In this document: positions 29,023 through 38,700 of the stretch, one piece after another
Numbering within the stretch: position 1 is the stretch's first letter
Layout: each line of letters opens with the position of its first letter
Origin: Occultella glacieicola
Lineage (GTDB): Bacteria; Actinomycetota; Actinomycetes; Actinomycetales; Beutenbergiaceae
Assembly: GCF_004353825.1 (NCBI RefSeq)
Contig: NZ_SMNA01000005.1
Span: 248,001-312,000, forward strand
DNA length: 64,000 nucleotides
Direction: 5' to 3'
Position numbers and translations under genes: made by a program
The notes under the pieces: model-generated
Database searches by the model: none
Told to the model about the DNA's origin: nothing
What the model saw: the letters and a program-made list of their open reading frames with translations, nothing else

Positions 29023-30236
29023 CAACTCTCCAGGACCAGGCAGTGCAGTTCGTCGTCGACGCCGACGGCCGTGGTGTCCTCGGCGACCACCGCGAGCGCG
29101 TTCGCCCGCGCCATCGCGGTCAGCAGCAGCCCACCCGGCGGGCCGACAGGGGTGGCCCGGTAGCCGTGGTCCGGGGATCCCACGAGGGTCACCGGCACGA
29201 ACTGGCGCCGACCCCTCGGCGACGTCCACGCCGTCGTCATCCGCGCCGACACGGTGGGCCGGTAGAACTCGGCGTGGCCGGCCATCGCCAGCAACGCGGG
29301 CCGTACGAACACCTCGTAGGCGACCTGCGCACTGACCGGGTCCCCGGGCAGGCACAGGATCGGAGTCTCCTCCCCCACCACTCCGACGCCGAACTGTCGC
29401 CCGGGTGTGATCGCGACGTTGTCGAAGCGGACGGTGCCCAGCGGGCTGAGGACCTCCTTGACGGTGTCGTTCGCGCCGTAGCTGAGTCCGCCGGTGGTGA
29501 TGATCAGGTCCGCGCGGACGAGCTGGTCCTCGAGCGTCTCCCGCAGCGCACCCCGCTCGTCCGGCACCGCGGCGACGCGGAACGTGGTCCCACCGGCGTC
29601 CTGGACGGCGGTGGCGAGGGCATGCCCGTTGGCGTCGAACACCTGACCCTCGGTGGCGCGGCGGCCCGGCTCGACGAGTTCGTCGCCGACCGAGATCAGC
29701 ACCACCCGCGGCCGCGGGTGCACCGGTACCCGGGAGCGGCCGAGCGCGGCCAGCAGGGCGATCTGCCGGGCACCGACGCGCACCCCCGAGGCCAGCGCGA
29801 TCTCGGTCTCGCGCAGGTCCTCGCCGGCGCGGCGGATGTTGTCGCCGACGGCGCAGGTCGCCGTGATCGTCACGGAGGCGGTCCCGGAGTCGGTCGCGTC
29901 GAGCGGCACCACGCAGTCCGCCTCGGCCGGTACCGGGGCACCGGAGGCGATCCGCACGCAGGCGTGCGCGACGAGCCGGGTCGGGTCGGTGTGCCCGGCC
30001 CGGACCTCGTCCAGCACGCGCAGCACGACCGGCCGGTCCGGGGCGGCGCCGTCGATGTCGGCGAACCGGACCGCGTACCCGTCGAGGGCGGCCAGGTCGC
30101 GCCGGGGCAGGTCCGCGGGTGCGGTCACGTCGGCCGCGAGGACACACCCGACGGCGTCGTGCAGCACCACCTCGAGCGGCGGCAGCGGGCGAAGGAGCTC
30201 GAGGACCGCGGCGAGGTGCTCGGAGACCGCCTTCAT
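29022..30236 (-). CDS. moeA: Molybdopterin molybdenumtransferase (gephyrin-like Glp)
   Basis: ALDGYAV, RIASGAPVP, SVGDELV, IITTGGLS, LPGDPVSA; ATG at 30236. Confidence 0.92.
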   Translation of the reverse strand: MKAVSEHLAAVLELLRPLPPLEVVLHDAVGCVLAADVTAPADLPRRDLAALDGYAVRFADIDGAAPDRPVVLRVLDEVRAGHTDPTRLVAHACVRIASGAPVPAEADCVVPLDATDSGTASVTITATCAVGDNIRRAGEDLRETEIALASGVRVGARQIALLAALGRSRVPVHPRPRVVLISVGDELVEPGRRATEGQVFDANGHALATAVQDAGGTTFRVAAVPDERGALRETLEDQLVRADLIITTGGLSYGANDTVKEVLSPLGTVRFDNVAITPGRQFGVGVVGEETPILCLPGDPVSAQVAYEVFVRPALLAMAGHAEFYRPTVSARMTTAWTSPRGRRQFVPVTLVGSPDHGYRATPVGPPGGLLLTAMARANALAVVAEDTTAVGVDDELHCLVLES

Positions 30237-30331
30237 CTGCGGGGGCCTGGCTGCGCGCGGCCCAGCCGGCACTGGCGGCACTGCCGGCCCTGCCGGGCCC
30301 CGAGGGCCGAGGAGAACGGTGCGACGAACAT
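30233..30331 (-). CDS. Putative leaderless 32-aa uORF translationally coupled to moeA
   Basis: TAGCCT-N6-ATG; MFVAPFSSALGARQGRQCRQCRLGRAQPGPRR*; stop overlaps the moeA ATG (ATGA). Confidence 0.4.
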   Translation of the reverse strand: MFVAPFSSALGARQGRQCRQCRLGRAQPGPRR

Positions 30332-30418
30332 GAAGGCAGGCTAGTAGATGCCACACCGTGCGCTTCGCCATCAGCGAATCGGTGGCGGAATGTCTGTCCG
30401 CCCTGACAAGGTGGAGGC

Positions 30419-31039
30419 ATGTGGTCAGTGGCGAACACCCTCCCCCGTGATGCTCATCTGGAGATGGAGGACGCCAAGCAGATCATGCGTGACTCCGTGC
30501 GGGCGCACCGCACCGAGCGGTCCGACCGGGAGCGCCGCGAGGCCGCCGAGGCGATCGCCGTGCACGCCGCGGAACTCCTCGAGGACGTGCGCTGCGTCGC
30601 CACCTACGCCGCCCGCCGGACCGAGCCGGACACGGCCCCGTTGCTGGAGACCCTCGACCGGGCCGGGATCTCGATCCTGCTGCCGATGCTCGGGCCGGGC
30701 CTCAGCCGGGACTGGGCGCGGTACCGGCCCGGTGACCCCCTGGAGGTCCGGGCACCCGGTCGGCCGCCCGACCCCGAGGGCCCAGGTCTCGGCGCCGAGG
30801 CCCTGGCCGAGGCGGACCTCATCCTCACCCCCGCGCTGAGCGTGGACGCCGCCGGTAACCGTCTCGGTCAGGGCGGCGGGTGGTACGACCGCGCGCTCGC
30901 GCACGCCCGCCCGGACGCCCGGGTGATCGCGATCCTGTTCGACGACGAGGTCTCCACCGAACCGCTGCCGGTCGCCCCGCATGACCGCAGGGTCGACGGC
31001 GTGCTGACGCCACGGGGGATCGTCCGCGCCACCCGCTGA
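30419..31039 (+). CDS. 5-formyltetrahydrofolate cyclo-ligase
   Basis: EPDT, LTPALSVD..GNRLGQGGGWYDRAL, PHDRRVD. Confidence 0.92.
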   Translation: MWSVANTLPRDAHLEMEDAKQIMRDSVRAHRTERSDRERREAAEAIAVHAAELLEDVRCVATYAARRTEPDTAPLLETLDRAGISILLPMLGPGLSRDWARYRPGDPLEVRAPGRPPDPEGPGLGAEALAEADLILTPALSVDAAGNRLGQGGGWYDRALAHARPDARVIAILFDDEVSTEPLPVAPHDRRVDGVLTPRGIVRATR

Positions 31040-31055
31040 GCGCGGGTGACCCCGG

Positions 31056-33728
31056 TCAGCCCGGCGGGGCGAGGGTCAGGGTCCGGTCCTCGGACTCCTC
31101 GACGGCGGCCCGGGTGAAGGCCCACGGGTAGGGCTCACCCGACGCCCACCGGTCGAACTGGTCGTCGTAGTTGCCGGACGTCGGGTGCCCGGAGCTGCCC
31201 AGGAAGTTCTGCCACGTGGAGGCGTCCCGGTCGGCGAGGTCGACGACCATTCGCATGGACGGCCCGGAGGTCACCGACAGGTCCGGGTAGCCACCGGCCC
31301 AGGCGCTCGCGTCCCAACTGGTCGCGTTCACCGATGAGCTGCCGCCGCCGATCGCGAAGGGATCGGGGTTGAAGTAGTTCGAGACCACACCGGGTACCCC
31401 GTCGCCGCCGAGCAGGGCGTGCGTGGGCGCGATCTGATGGGACCGGCCCCACCGCCAGTCCGCGGGATCCTTGCCCTGCGAGACGGTCAGCTGGGCCCGG
31501 GCGTCCACGAGGGCGAGCCCGAGGATCTCGTCGCGCTGCTCGACCACGGTCAGGGTGGCCCGGTCGTCCCACCATGGGCTCGCCTCGTCCTCGAGCAGGT
31601 TCCGGATCACGTCGAGCGAGACGCTGCCGCCGCTCGGCCGCTGAGCCTCGGGCACCTGGTCCCAGAACGTGAGCCGGAGCAGGTTCGTCCACACCGCGGC
31701 GAAGTAGGCGGCGGCGGGCGAGTCGGCGTCGTTGACGCGGTCCCAGTCGTCGAAGAGGTCGACGGCCTCGGCCACGAAGTCGTTCGGGACCCGGATCCGT
31801 TGCAGCACCGGGACGAGCATCTGCGCGTAGGGATTGACCTCGTCGAGCTGGATCCGGGTCATGTCCGCCGCGGTGAACGGCTCGCCGGCCGCGATCTGCT
31901 CGGTGATCAGGTCCCGGATCCGCTGGGCCCGGTAGCCCCGGTCCACATCGGTCGCGAGGTCCGGGGTGTTCCCGGGTGAGGTCACGGCCTGGTTGGCCGT
32001 CACGATGAAACCCTCCGCCGGGTCGACGACCGACGGCATCTGCTCCGGGGCCACGAGGCCCTGCCAGTCGTAGGCCGGGTCCCAGCCCAGACGCGGCCAT
32101 CGCCCGTCCGAGGGCACCACGGCGCCGGGCACGTCGGCACGGATCGGCATCGCACCCGCGGCCTGGTAGCCGATCTGGCCGTCCGCCGTCGCGAACACGA
32201 AACTCTGCGACGGCGAGTCGAAGAGCGCGGCCGCGGCGGCCACGTCGTCGGCGTCCACGGCGCGGTTCATCGCGAACAGGGCGTCCGCCGTCCGACCCGG
32301 GGTCAGCGCCGTCCAGCTCAGCGCGATCGCGTACCCGGACAGGCCGGTCGGCGGGGCTCCGTCGGGCAGCGGGGCGTCCCCGGCGGCGCGGCTGCCGAGG
32401 ATCGCGTCCGAGATGATCGGGCCGTGCGGGGTGGACTGCACCGTGATCGTCACGTCGTCGCCGCCGTTGACCTCGATCACCTCGGTCCGCTCGGTCAGCG
32501 GGAGCCGGTCACCGGCCCGCAGGTACGTGCCGTCGGAGTAGACGCGCTCGAGGAAGAAGTCGCTCGCGTCGGACGTCAGGTTCGTCAGCCCCCAGGCGAG
32601 GTCGGCGTTCTGTCCGATCACCACGCCGGGCAGCCCCGAGAAGCTGAACCCGGCCACGTCGAACGGGCACTGCTCCGAGACGGTGCGGCAGTGCAGGCCG
32701 ACCTGGTACCAGATCCCCGGTGCACCGAGGCCGAGGTGCGGGTCGTTCGCCAGCAGCGGCCGGCCGGACACCGTGTGCTCGCCCGAGACCACCCACGAGT
32801 TCGAGCCCAGGCCCTCACCCGTGCCGAGCAGCGCGGGGATCGCATCCAGGGCGGTTCGCACCGCCTCGCCGGCGTCCGCGGCCAGGGCGGTGGGATACGG
32901 GTCCGAGGCGACCCCGGACCCCGCCTCGGCCCGGTCGGAGTCACCGCCGGTCAGGTCCATGCCCTGGGCCTGCGTCTCCTCCGCCGCGGCAGCCTCCTCC
33001 TGCGCCGTGACCTCGGCCGCGGTGGGCAGGATCGGCAGGTTCCGGGAGCTGTCGTAGGCGGGATAGAGCGCGTCGACCATGTCCAGGTCTCCGACCTGGC
33101 CGAACACGGCGGCTCGTCCGAGCTCGTCACCGTAGTTCGAGAGGAGGTCCCAGGACATCGCCTTCAGCCAGGCCAGCGAGTCGACCGGGTCCCAGGGTTC
33201 GATCGTGCCGACGTCCACGGACATCCCGAGCACGGTGTACTCCAGCCCCAGTTGGCTGGGCTGGCGCGACTCGAGGTAGGCATTCACCCCGTCGGCGTAG
33301 GCGGTCAGGTAGGAACGGCTCGCGGGGTCGAGCAGGTCGAACTCCTGCTCGGCGACCTGGCGCCAGCCGAGCGTCCGGGTCACGGTGTCGGCGGCGAGCG
33401 CCGCGTCGACGGGGCCCACCAGCTCGGACAGCCGCCCGGCCGTGACGTGGCGGCGGTAGTCCATCTCGAAGAACCGGTCCTGGGCGTGCACGTAACCCTG
33501 AGCCATGAACAGGTCCTCGGCGTCGTCCGCGTAGATCTGCGGGATCCCGAGCCGGTCGCGGATGATCTCCACCTCGGCGCTGAGCCCGTCGACCTGCTGG
33601 GTGCCGCTGTGGCTCGGCAGGGGGCGGCGCACGAAGATCACCGTGGTGATCACCCCGGCGACGAGGACCACGACGAGGAAGACGGCCACGGCCAGAGCAA
33701 TGCGTCGAGCAACGGAGATCCCAGCCAC
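31056..33728 (-). CDS. Penicillin acylase family (Ntn-hydrolase, peptidase S45)
   Basis: AQGYVHAQDRFFEMD, GSNSWVVSG (catalytic Ser), LLANDPHL, GSSGHP; GTG at 33728 preceded by TACTCT-N6. Confidence 0.92.
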   Translation of the reverse strand: MAGISVARRIALAVAVFLVVVLVAGVITTVIFVRRPLPSHSGTQQVDGLSAEVEIIRDRLGIPQIYADDAEDLFMAQGYVHAQDRFFEMDYRRHVTAGRLSELVGPVDAALAADTVTRTLGWRQVAEQEFDLLDPASRSYLTAYADGVNAYLESRQPSQLGLEYTVLGMSVDVGTIEPWDPVDSLAWLKAMSWDLLSNYGDELGRAAVFGQVGDLDMVDALYPAYDSSRNLPILPTAAEVTAQEEAAAAEETQAQGMDLTGGDSDRAEAGSGVASDPYPTALAADAGEAVRTALDAIPALLGTGEGLGSNSWVVSGEHTVSGRPLLANDPHLGLGAPGIWYQVGLHCRTVSEQCPFDVAGFSFSGLPGVVIGQNADLAWGLTNLTSDASDFFLERVYSDGTYLRAGDRLPLTERTEVIEVNGGDDVTITVQSTPHGPIISDAILGSRAAGDAPLPDGAPPTGLSGYAIALSWTALTPGRTADALFAMNRAVDADDVAAAAALFDSPSQSFVFATADGQIGYQAAGAMPIRADVPGAVVPSDGRWPRLGWDPAYDWQGLVAPEQMPSVVDPAEGFIVTANQAVTSPGNTPDLATDVDRGYRAQRIRDLITEQIAAGEPFTAADMTRIQLDEVNPYAQMLVPVLQRIRVPNDFVAEAVDLFDDWDRVNDADSPAAAYFAAVWTNLLRLTFWDQVPEAQRPSGGSVSLDVIRNLLEDEASPWWDDRATLTVVEQRDEILGLALVDARAQLTVSQGKDPADWRWGRSHQIAPTHALLGGDGVPGVVSNYFNPDPFAIGGGSSSVNATSWDASAWAGGYPDLSVTSGPSMRMVVDLADRDASTWQNFLGSSGHPTSGNYDDQFDRWASGEPYPWAFTRAAVEESEDRTLTLAPPG

Positions 33729-33871
33729 GCTCCGAGAGTAGCCGCCGCGGGAGTGCGGGTGAGGCACCGCATCGCGCTCGCGTGAGAGGTATCGCCGACG
33801 GCGCGTAGAATATGCGATCGGGCCAGCGACGCACGCCGGCCCGATCGCCTGTTGGTTACCCGGAGGACCCT

Positions 33872-34249
33872 GTGCCGACCTACGCCTACGCCTGCCAGAA
33901 CTGCGGCCACGCGTTCGACATCTATCAGTCCTTCAGCGACGACGCGCTCACCGAGTGCCCCAACTGTCACGAGCCACGGCTGCGTAAGGTGTTCTCCCCG
34001 GTCGGCGTGGTCTTCAAGGGTTCGGGCTTCTACCGCACGGACTCGCGCGGGTCCTCCTCCTCCACCACGGGCGCCGGCAAGTCCGAGTCCGGCTCGTCCT
34101 CGAAGCCCGCGTCGTCGGACTCCTCGAGCGGGTCGTCCTCGAGCGGGTCGTCCTCGGGCGGGTCGTCGAACGGCACCTCGTCGAGCGGCTCCTCCTCGAA
34201 GGACTCCTCCAGCAGCGGCAGCAAGTCCCCGGCACCTGCCGCGAAGTAG
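33872..34249 (+). CDS. FmdB-family zinc-ribbon protein with Ser-rich tail
   Basis: PTYAYACQNC...ECPNC...VVFKGSGFYRTDSR; GGAGG RBS; tail contains 15-bp tcctcgagcgggtcg repeats. Confidence 0.92.
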   Translation: MPTYAYACQNCGHAFDIYQSFSDDALTECPNCHEPRLRKVFSPVGVVFKGSGFYRTDSRGSSSSTTGAGKSESGSSSKPASSDSSSGSSSSGSSSGGSSNGTSSSGSSSKDSSSSGSKSPAPAAK

Positions 34250-34402
34250 CCGTACCCGAGCTGCCGGCGCGGGACCCTCGAGGCCCAGCGCCGTGCTCGG
34301 CCAATCGGTCAACGGTCCACAGGGCCGGTCGGGCGTCGCCTCGTGCACAGGCCCGACGTGGCCCGGGCACACCCCGCACGTGACCTGACTACCGTCGGCG
34401 CG

Positions 34403-35089
34403 ATGAGAGCCGACCGGAGATCCCACCCCGAGCGCCCCGGCTCACGCGCGCGCCGCTGGCGGGCCGTCCTGTGGCGCTACCGGTTCGTGCTCGCCGCCGC
34501 CTGCCTGGGCTGGGCCCTGGTCCTGGTGCTCGCCGACCTGCGCCCACCGGCGGCCGCGACCACTCCGGTGCTCGTGGTCACCGGCACCCTGCCGGCCGGG
34601 TCGGTCCTGACCGAGACGGACGTGGAGGTCCGGCAGGTCCGGGACCCGCCACCGTCGACGGTGTCATTCGAGGAGGCGGTGGGATCGCCGCTCGCGATCG
34701 GAGTCGGCCCCGGCACGCCGGTGGTGCCGACCCTGCTGGTCGGGCCGGGCCTGACCGGGTCGGCTCCGGCCGGGACCGTGGTGCTGCCGATCCGGCTCGC
34801 CGACCCCGCCCTGGCCCAGTTGGTGCGCGTCGGCGACCGGCTGGACCTGTACCTGGCCCCGGTGGACTCCGGTGGGCAGGTGCTCGAGTCCGAACTGATC
34901 ACGGCCGGTGCCCTGATCCTGAGCCGGGTCGACGAACCGGCGGCCGATCCGTCGCTGTTCGGGGCCACCGACCCGGCCGGCGGCCCGACGGGGGTGGTGA
35001 TCGCCGCCGTCGCCGCCTCCGACGCCGCCCGGGTGAGCGGTGCCAGCGCGGTGGCGCCGTTTCGAGCCGTCCTCATCGACGAGGGCTGA
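34403..35089 (+). CDS. SAF-domain / CpaB-like protein
   Basis: TM helix, LPAGSVLTETDV, PIRLADP...VRVGDRLDL; conserved FmdB-SAF-mscL neighbourhood. Confidence 0.75.
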   Translation: MRADRRSHPERPGSRARRWRAVLWRYRFVLAAACLGWALVLVLADLRPPAAATTPVLVVTGTLPAGSVLTETDVEVRQVRDPPPSTVSFEEAVGSPLAIGVGPGTPVVPTLLVGPGLTGSAPAGTVVLPIRLADPALAQLVRVGDRLDLYLAPVDSGGQVLESELITAGALILSRVDEPAADPSLFGATDPAGGPTGVVIAAVAASDAARVSGASAVAPFRAVLIDEG

Positions 35090-35190
35090 GTGCGCTGCGC
35101 CCGCCCGTGGGCCGCCGGACCGCAGGGTGGGGCCGACGCGCCCGCACCCCGCGCGACGGGTGCGGGCTCGCCCCCATCGGCCGGTCGGGA

Positions 35191-35565
35191 TCAGCCCTGG
35201 GTGCCCGAGCGCAGCGAGTCGCGGATCTCACGCAGCAGCGCGATCTCCTCCGCGGCCTCGGCCGCCTCCTCGTCGGCCGGCGTGACGAACCGGGCCTTGA
35301 CGGCCTCGTAGGGCTTGACGATCCCGAAGTAGACGATGAAGGCCAGGATGATGAAGGCCACGAGGGCCGTCAGGAACGGACCGACGGTCGTGAAGCCACC
35401 CGGGGCCCACTCGTCGAAGTTCGGCGCCCCGCCGGCCTTCGCGATGATCTCGAGAATGATGTTCGTGAAGGCCGTGACAACCGCGGCGAACGACGTGGCC
35501 ATGATGAAGGCCACGGCGAGTTCGACCAGGTTGCCCCGCATGATGAAGTCCTTGAAACCGCCCAC
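35191..35565 (-). CDS. mscL: Large-conductance mechanosensitive channel
   Basis: GFKDFIMRGNLVELAVAFIMA...LLREIRDSL. Confidence 0.93.
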   Translation of the reverse strand: MGGFKDFIMRGNLVELAVAFIMATSFAAVVTAFTNIILEIIAKAGGAPNFDEWAPGGFTTVGPFLTALVAFIILAFIVYFGIVKPYEAVKARFVTPADEEAAEAAEEIALLREIRDSLRSGTQG

Positions 35566-35755
35566 GGCAGGTCCCCTCTCTGATTGCTGCGCGGCCGGAC
35601 GAAGCGACGTCATGGCCGCACACTCGGGATGAAGTTGTGTGCGGGACCCACCGTAGCCACTCCGGTCCCTGAAGCCTTGAACGCTCAAAGTCACGGGTCC
35701 GAACGTGTCGGAGGGTCATCGGTACCGAAGTCCGGGCCGGCGCCGGCCGGGCGAC

Positions 35756-38700
35756 TCAGGACCAGTGCGGCGGGACGTCGCGACGGAGCCGTTCGTCGTC
35801 GGAGTCCGACGAGCCTTCCCCCCAGGCGCGGTCCTCGTCCTCCCAGGCCCGGTTCGGGATCGTCGGCTCGGCTCGCCCGGCCGTGCCGGTTCGGGGCGCG
35901 TCCGGGTGCGCGTCGGTGGATCCGGCGTCGGCGCCGCCATCGCCCTGCGTGTCGTCGGCAGGCTCCTCGCCGGCAGCCTGGGCGTCGCCGGCGAGCTCAT
36001 CGTCGGCGGCCTCGGCGTTGCCGACGGGCTCATCGTCGGCGGCCTCGGCGTCGCCGGCGAGCTCATCGTCGGCGGCCTCGGCGTCGCCGGCGAGCTCATT
36101 GCCGGCAGCCTCGGCGTTGCCCGCGAGCTCATCGTCGGCGGCCGCGGCGGCCTCCGCCGGGGGCGAGCCGTCCGCCCCGGTGACGTCGCCGCCGTCGGCC
36201 TCCCCGGCCGCTCGCGTTGCGTCGGTGGCGGCCGGGGAGTCCGGAGCGGACCCGAGCCCCGAGCGCCGCACCGCGGCGCCGAGAACGGCGTCCACGTGGG
36301 TGCCGCGCTTGGCGATGCCCAGCTCGGCGCGGAGTTCCTCGCGCAACGCCTCGCTCGAGCGGGGCTCGCCGTCCGAGGCGAGCCACCCGACCAGGGCGTC
36401 GAGTTCGTCGTCGCCGTACCGGCTCAGCGGCTGTCCCGGCGGCACGTCGGGCCGGTCCCCGCGCAGTCCGGCGATCGGGGACCTGGTGCCGGGCCGGGTC
36501 GGCTGCTCACCGACCATGGCGATGCCGCGGGCGGACGTCGTGGGACGGGCCGCGGAATCACGGTCCGGTTCCTCCTCCCCGGCGACCTCGTCCACGAGAT
36601 CCGTGGGCGGGATCCCGGACGCCGGGCTCGTGACCGTCACGTTCCGCTCGGCGAGCACGGCCCGCACGTCCTGCGCGATCCGTTCCGCCTCGCCCTGCGG
36701 ATCCATGAACACCGCCGTGGAGAAGACCATCCGGACCCGCCATCCGCGGTTCTGCAGCCGTTGCACCCAGTGCCGGTCACGCCGTCGCAGGCTCGGTTCG
36801 GCGACGTACTCCGGGTCGTCGGTGAGGACCGCGACCAGCAGCTCCCCCGGCAGGTCCGGGTGCCCGATCGCGAGCGGGATGCGTACGCCCCCGGGCACGC
36901 CGTAGCGGGGCACCACGGTGAGGCCGAGGCGCCAGAGCCGCTCGGCGAGGTCGACGAGCAGTCGATCGGGGGCGTGATCGTCGGTGTCCTCGTCGAGTTC
37001 GGCCCGGCCGGCCGCGGCGAGGGCGAGCACGTCCTTGAGCATCCTGGACCCCTCGGACCGCAGCCGTGCCGGGTCCAGGTCCTCGGCTGCGAGGCAGCTG
37101 ACCACGGTGAACCGGTGCCGCACCGCGTCGAGCGCGTCCACGAGGTACTCGGCCCCGTCGCGTCCGGAGACGGCCCCGAACCGGTGCAGCACCCGCCCGT
37201 GCGGCGTCTTGCCGTAGCCGAGGCTGAAGATGATCGCGTCCCGGCGCAGGCCGGCGACCGACTCGATGTCGACGACGGTGAACGCGTCCGTGCCGGACTG
37301 GTCGAAGAACGCGGACATCGCGGTGCTGCCGGCCGCCGTGGAGAGCACCGCCTCACGGACCCGGTCCGCATGCCGGCTGTTCAGTGCGATCACGGCGAGG
37401 GACTGTTCCGGCCGGGTCAGTGCGTGGTCGATGACGAGGTCGACGACGCGGTCCACCTCGGCCTGCACGCTCTCGACCACGTCCGAGCCCGGAGCCGGCA
37501 TCCCGGTGCCGTCGACCAGGTCCAGGGTGATCCGAGGGCTGTGCGGCGGGGCCGGCACCGGCCGGATGATGTCCGCATAGCCGTGCCGGGCGAGGAACGC
37601 GGCGATGTCGGTGTCCTGGTCCACCCGGTCCCCGGGCAGCGTTGCCCGCGGCAGGAGGTCCAGGGCCCGGACGGTCCCGGTGCCGCCACGGCGGGTGTCG
37701 CCGAAGACGACCACCTGCTTCGCCCGGACGATCGCGGAGATCACCTGCTCCACGGGCAGGTGCTGCACGGCGTCGAGCACGAGCAGGTCCACGTCACGGC
37801 CGGGCGGGAGCACCTGCGGCACCACCATCGGTGGCACGATCCACACCGGCCGGGGTGCCCAGGCCACCTCGCCGAACCGGTTCAGCAGGGCCTTGAGGTC
37901 GGTGGCCCCACGCATCACCGTGCGGTAGAACTCCTGCGCGCGGGGACGGTCGGCGGAGATCGCGGCGCGCACCCGGGCGGCCGATCCGGCCAGCACCGGT
38001 GCGACCAGGCTCGCGGTCTGGGTCTCGTCCAGAGCCCGCAGCCGCGCGGCCGCCTCGTCCAGGGACTCCGCCTCGAGGCCGGCCATGGCCGGGTCCTCGG
38101 CGAGCATCTCCTCCAGCACACTCGACCACCAGGCGAGGTCGAACTCCGCGCCCACGAGGCTCGTCGGAACCCGCCGCTGGCCCAGGTCGGCCACCAGCGG
38201 CGCGAGACCGAGGCCGTTGAGCTTCGCGATCACCGCGGCCCGCTCCGGCATCTGCCGGACCGCCGCGTCGTCGGTACCCAACCGTTCGATGCGGTTGGCG
38301 AGTTCGGCCAGCGGCACCTCGGACAGGGTACGGCCACCCAGGGTGGGGGCCAGCACGGGCGCGAGTCGGCCGACGAGGTCGGTGACCTCCTGCGCCGTCC
38401 GGACGATCGCCGTCATCCCCTCGGGAACCCGCGGCCAGCCGCCCCCGGCGCAGTGCCGACGCCAGACGTCGCGGCGGGTGGCGACCTCGACCAGTTCCGC
38501 GTGCAGATCACCGACCGTGACCCCGGGTCGGAGCAGGTCCTTGGCCTGCTTGCGCAGCCGGCGCCGGGCACCCCAGGCGAGGTCGACCTGGTGCTGCGCT
38601 CGCCAGGCGCGGCTGGCGGTGGCGGCGACCATGTCCGTGGCCGACCGCTCGAACACCTGCGGCGTGAAGACGTCCAGGGAGGACTGGATCCCGTCGAGCA

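Noticed and set aside
35976..36140. Possible CRISPR array
   Set aside because: Head-to-tail 33-bp units with no unique spacers, in frame within a CDS; no cas genes in the window.
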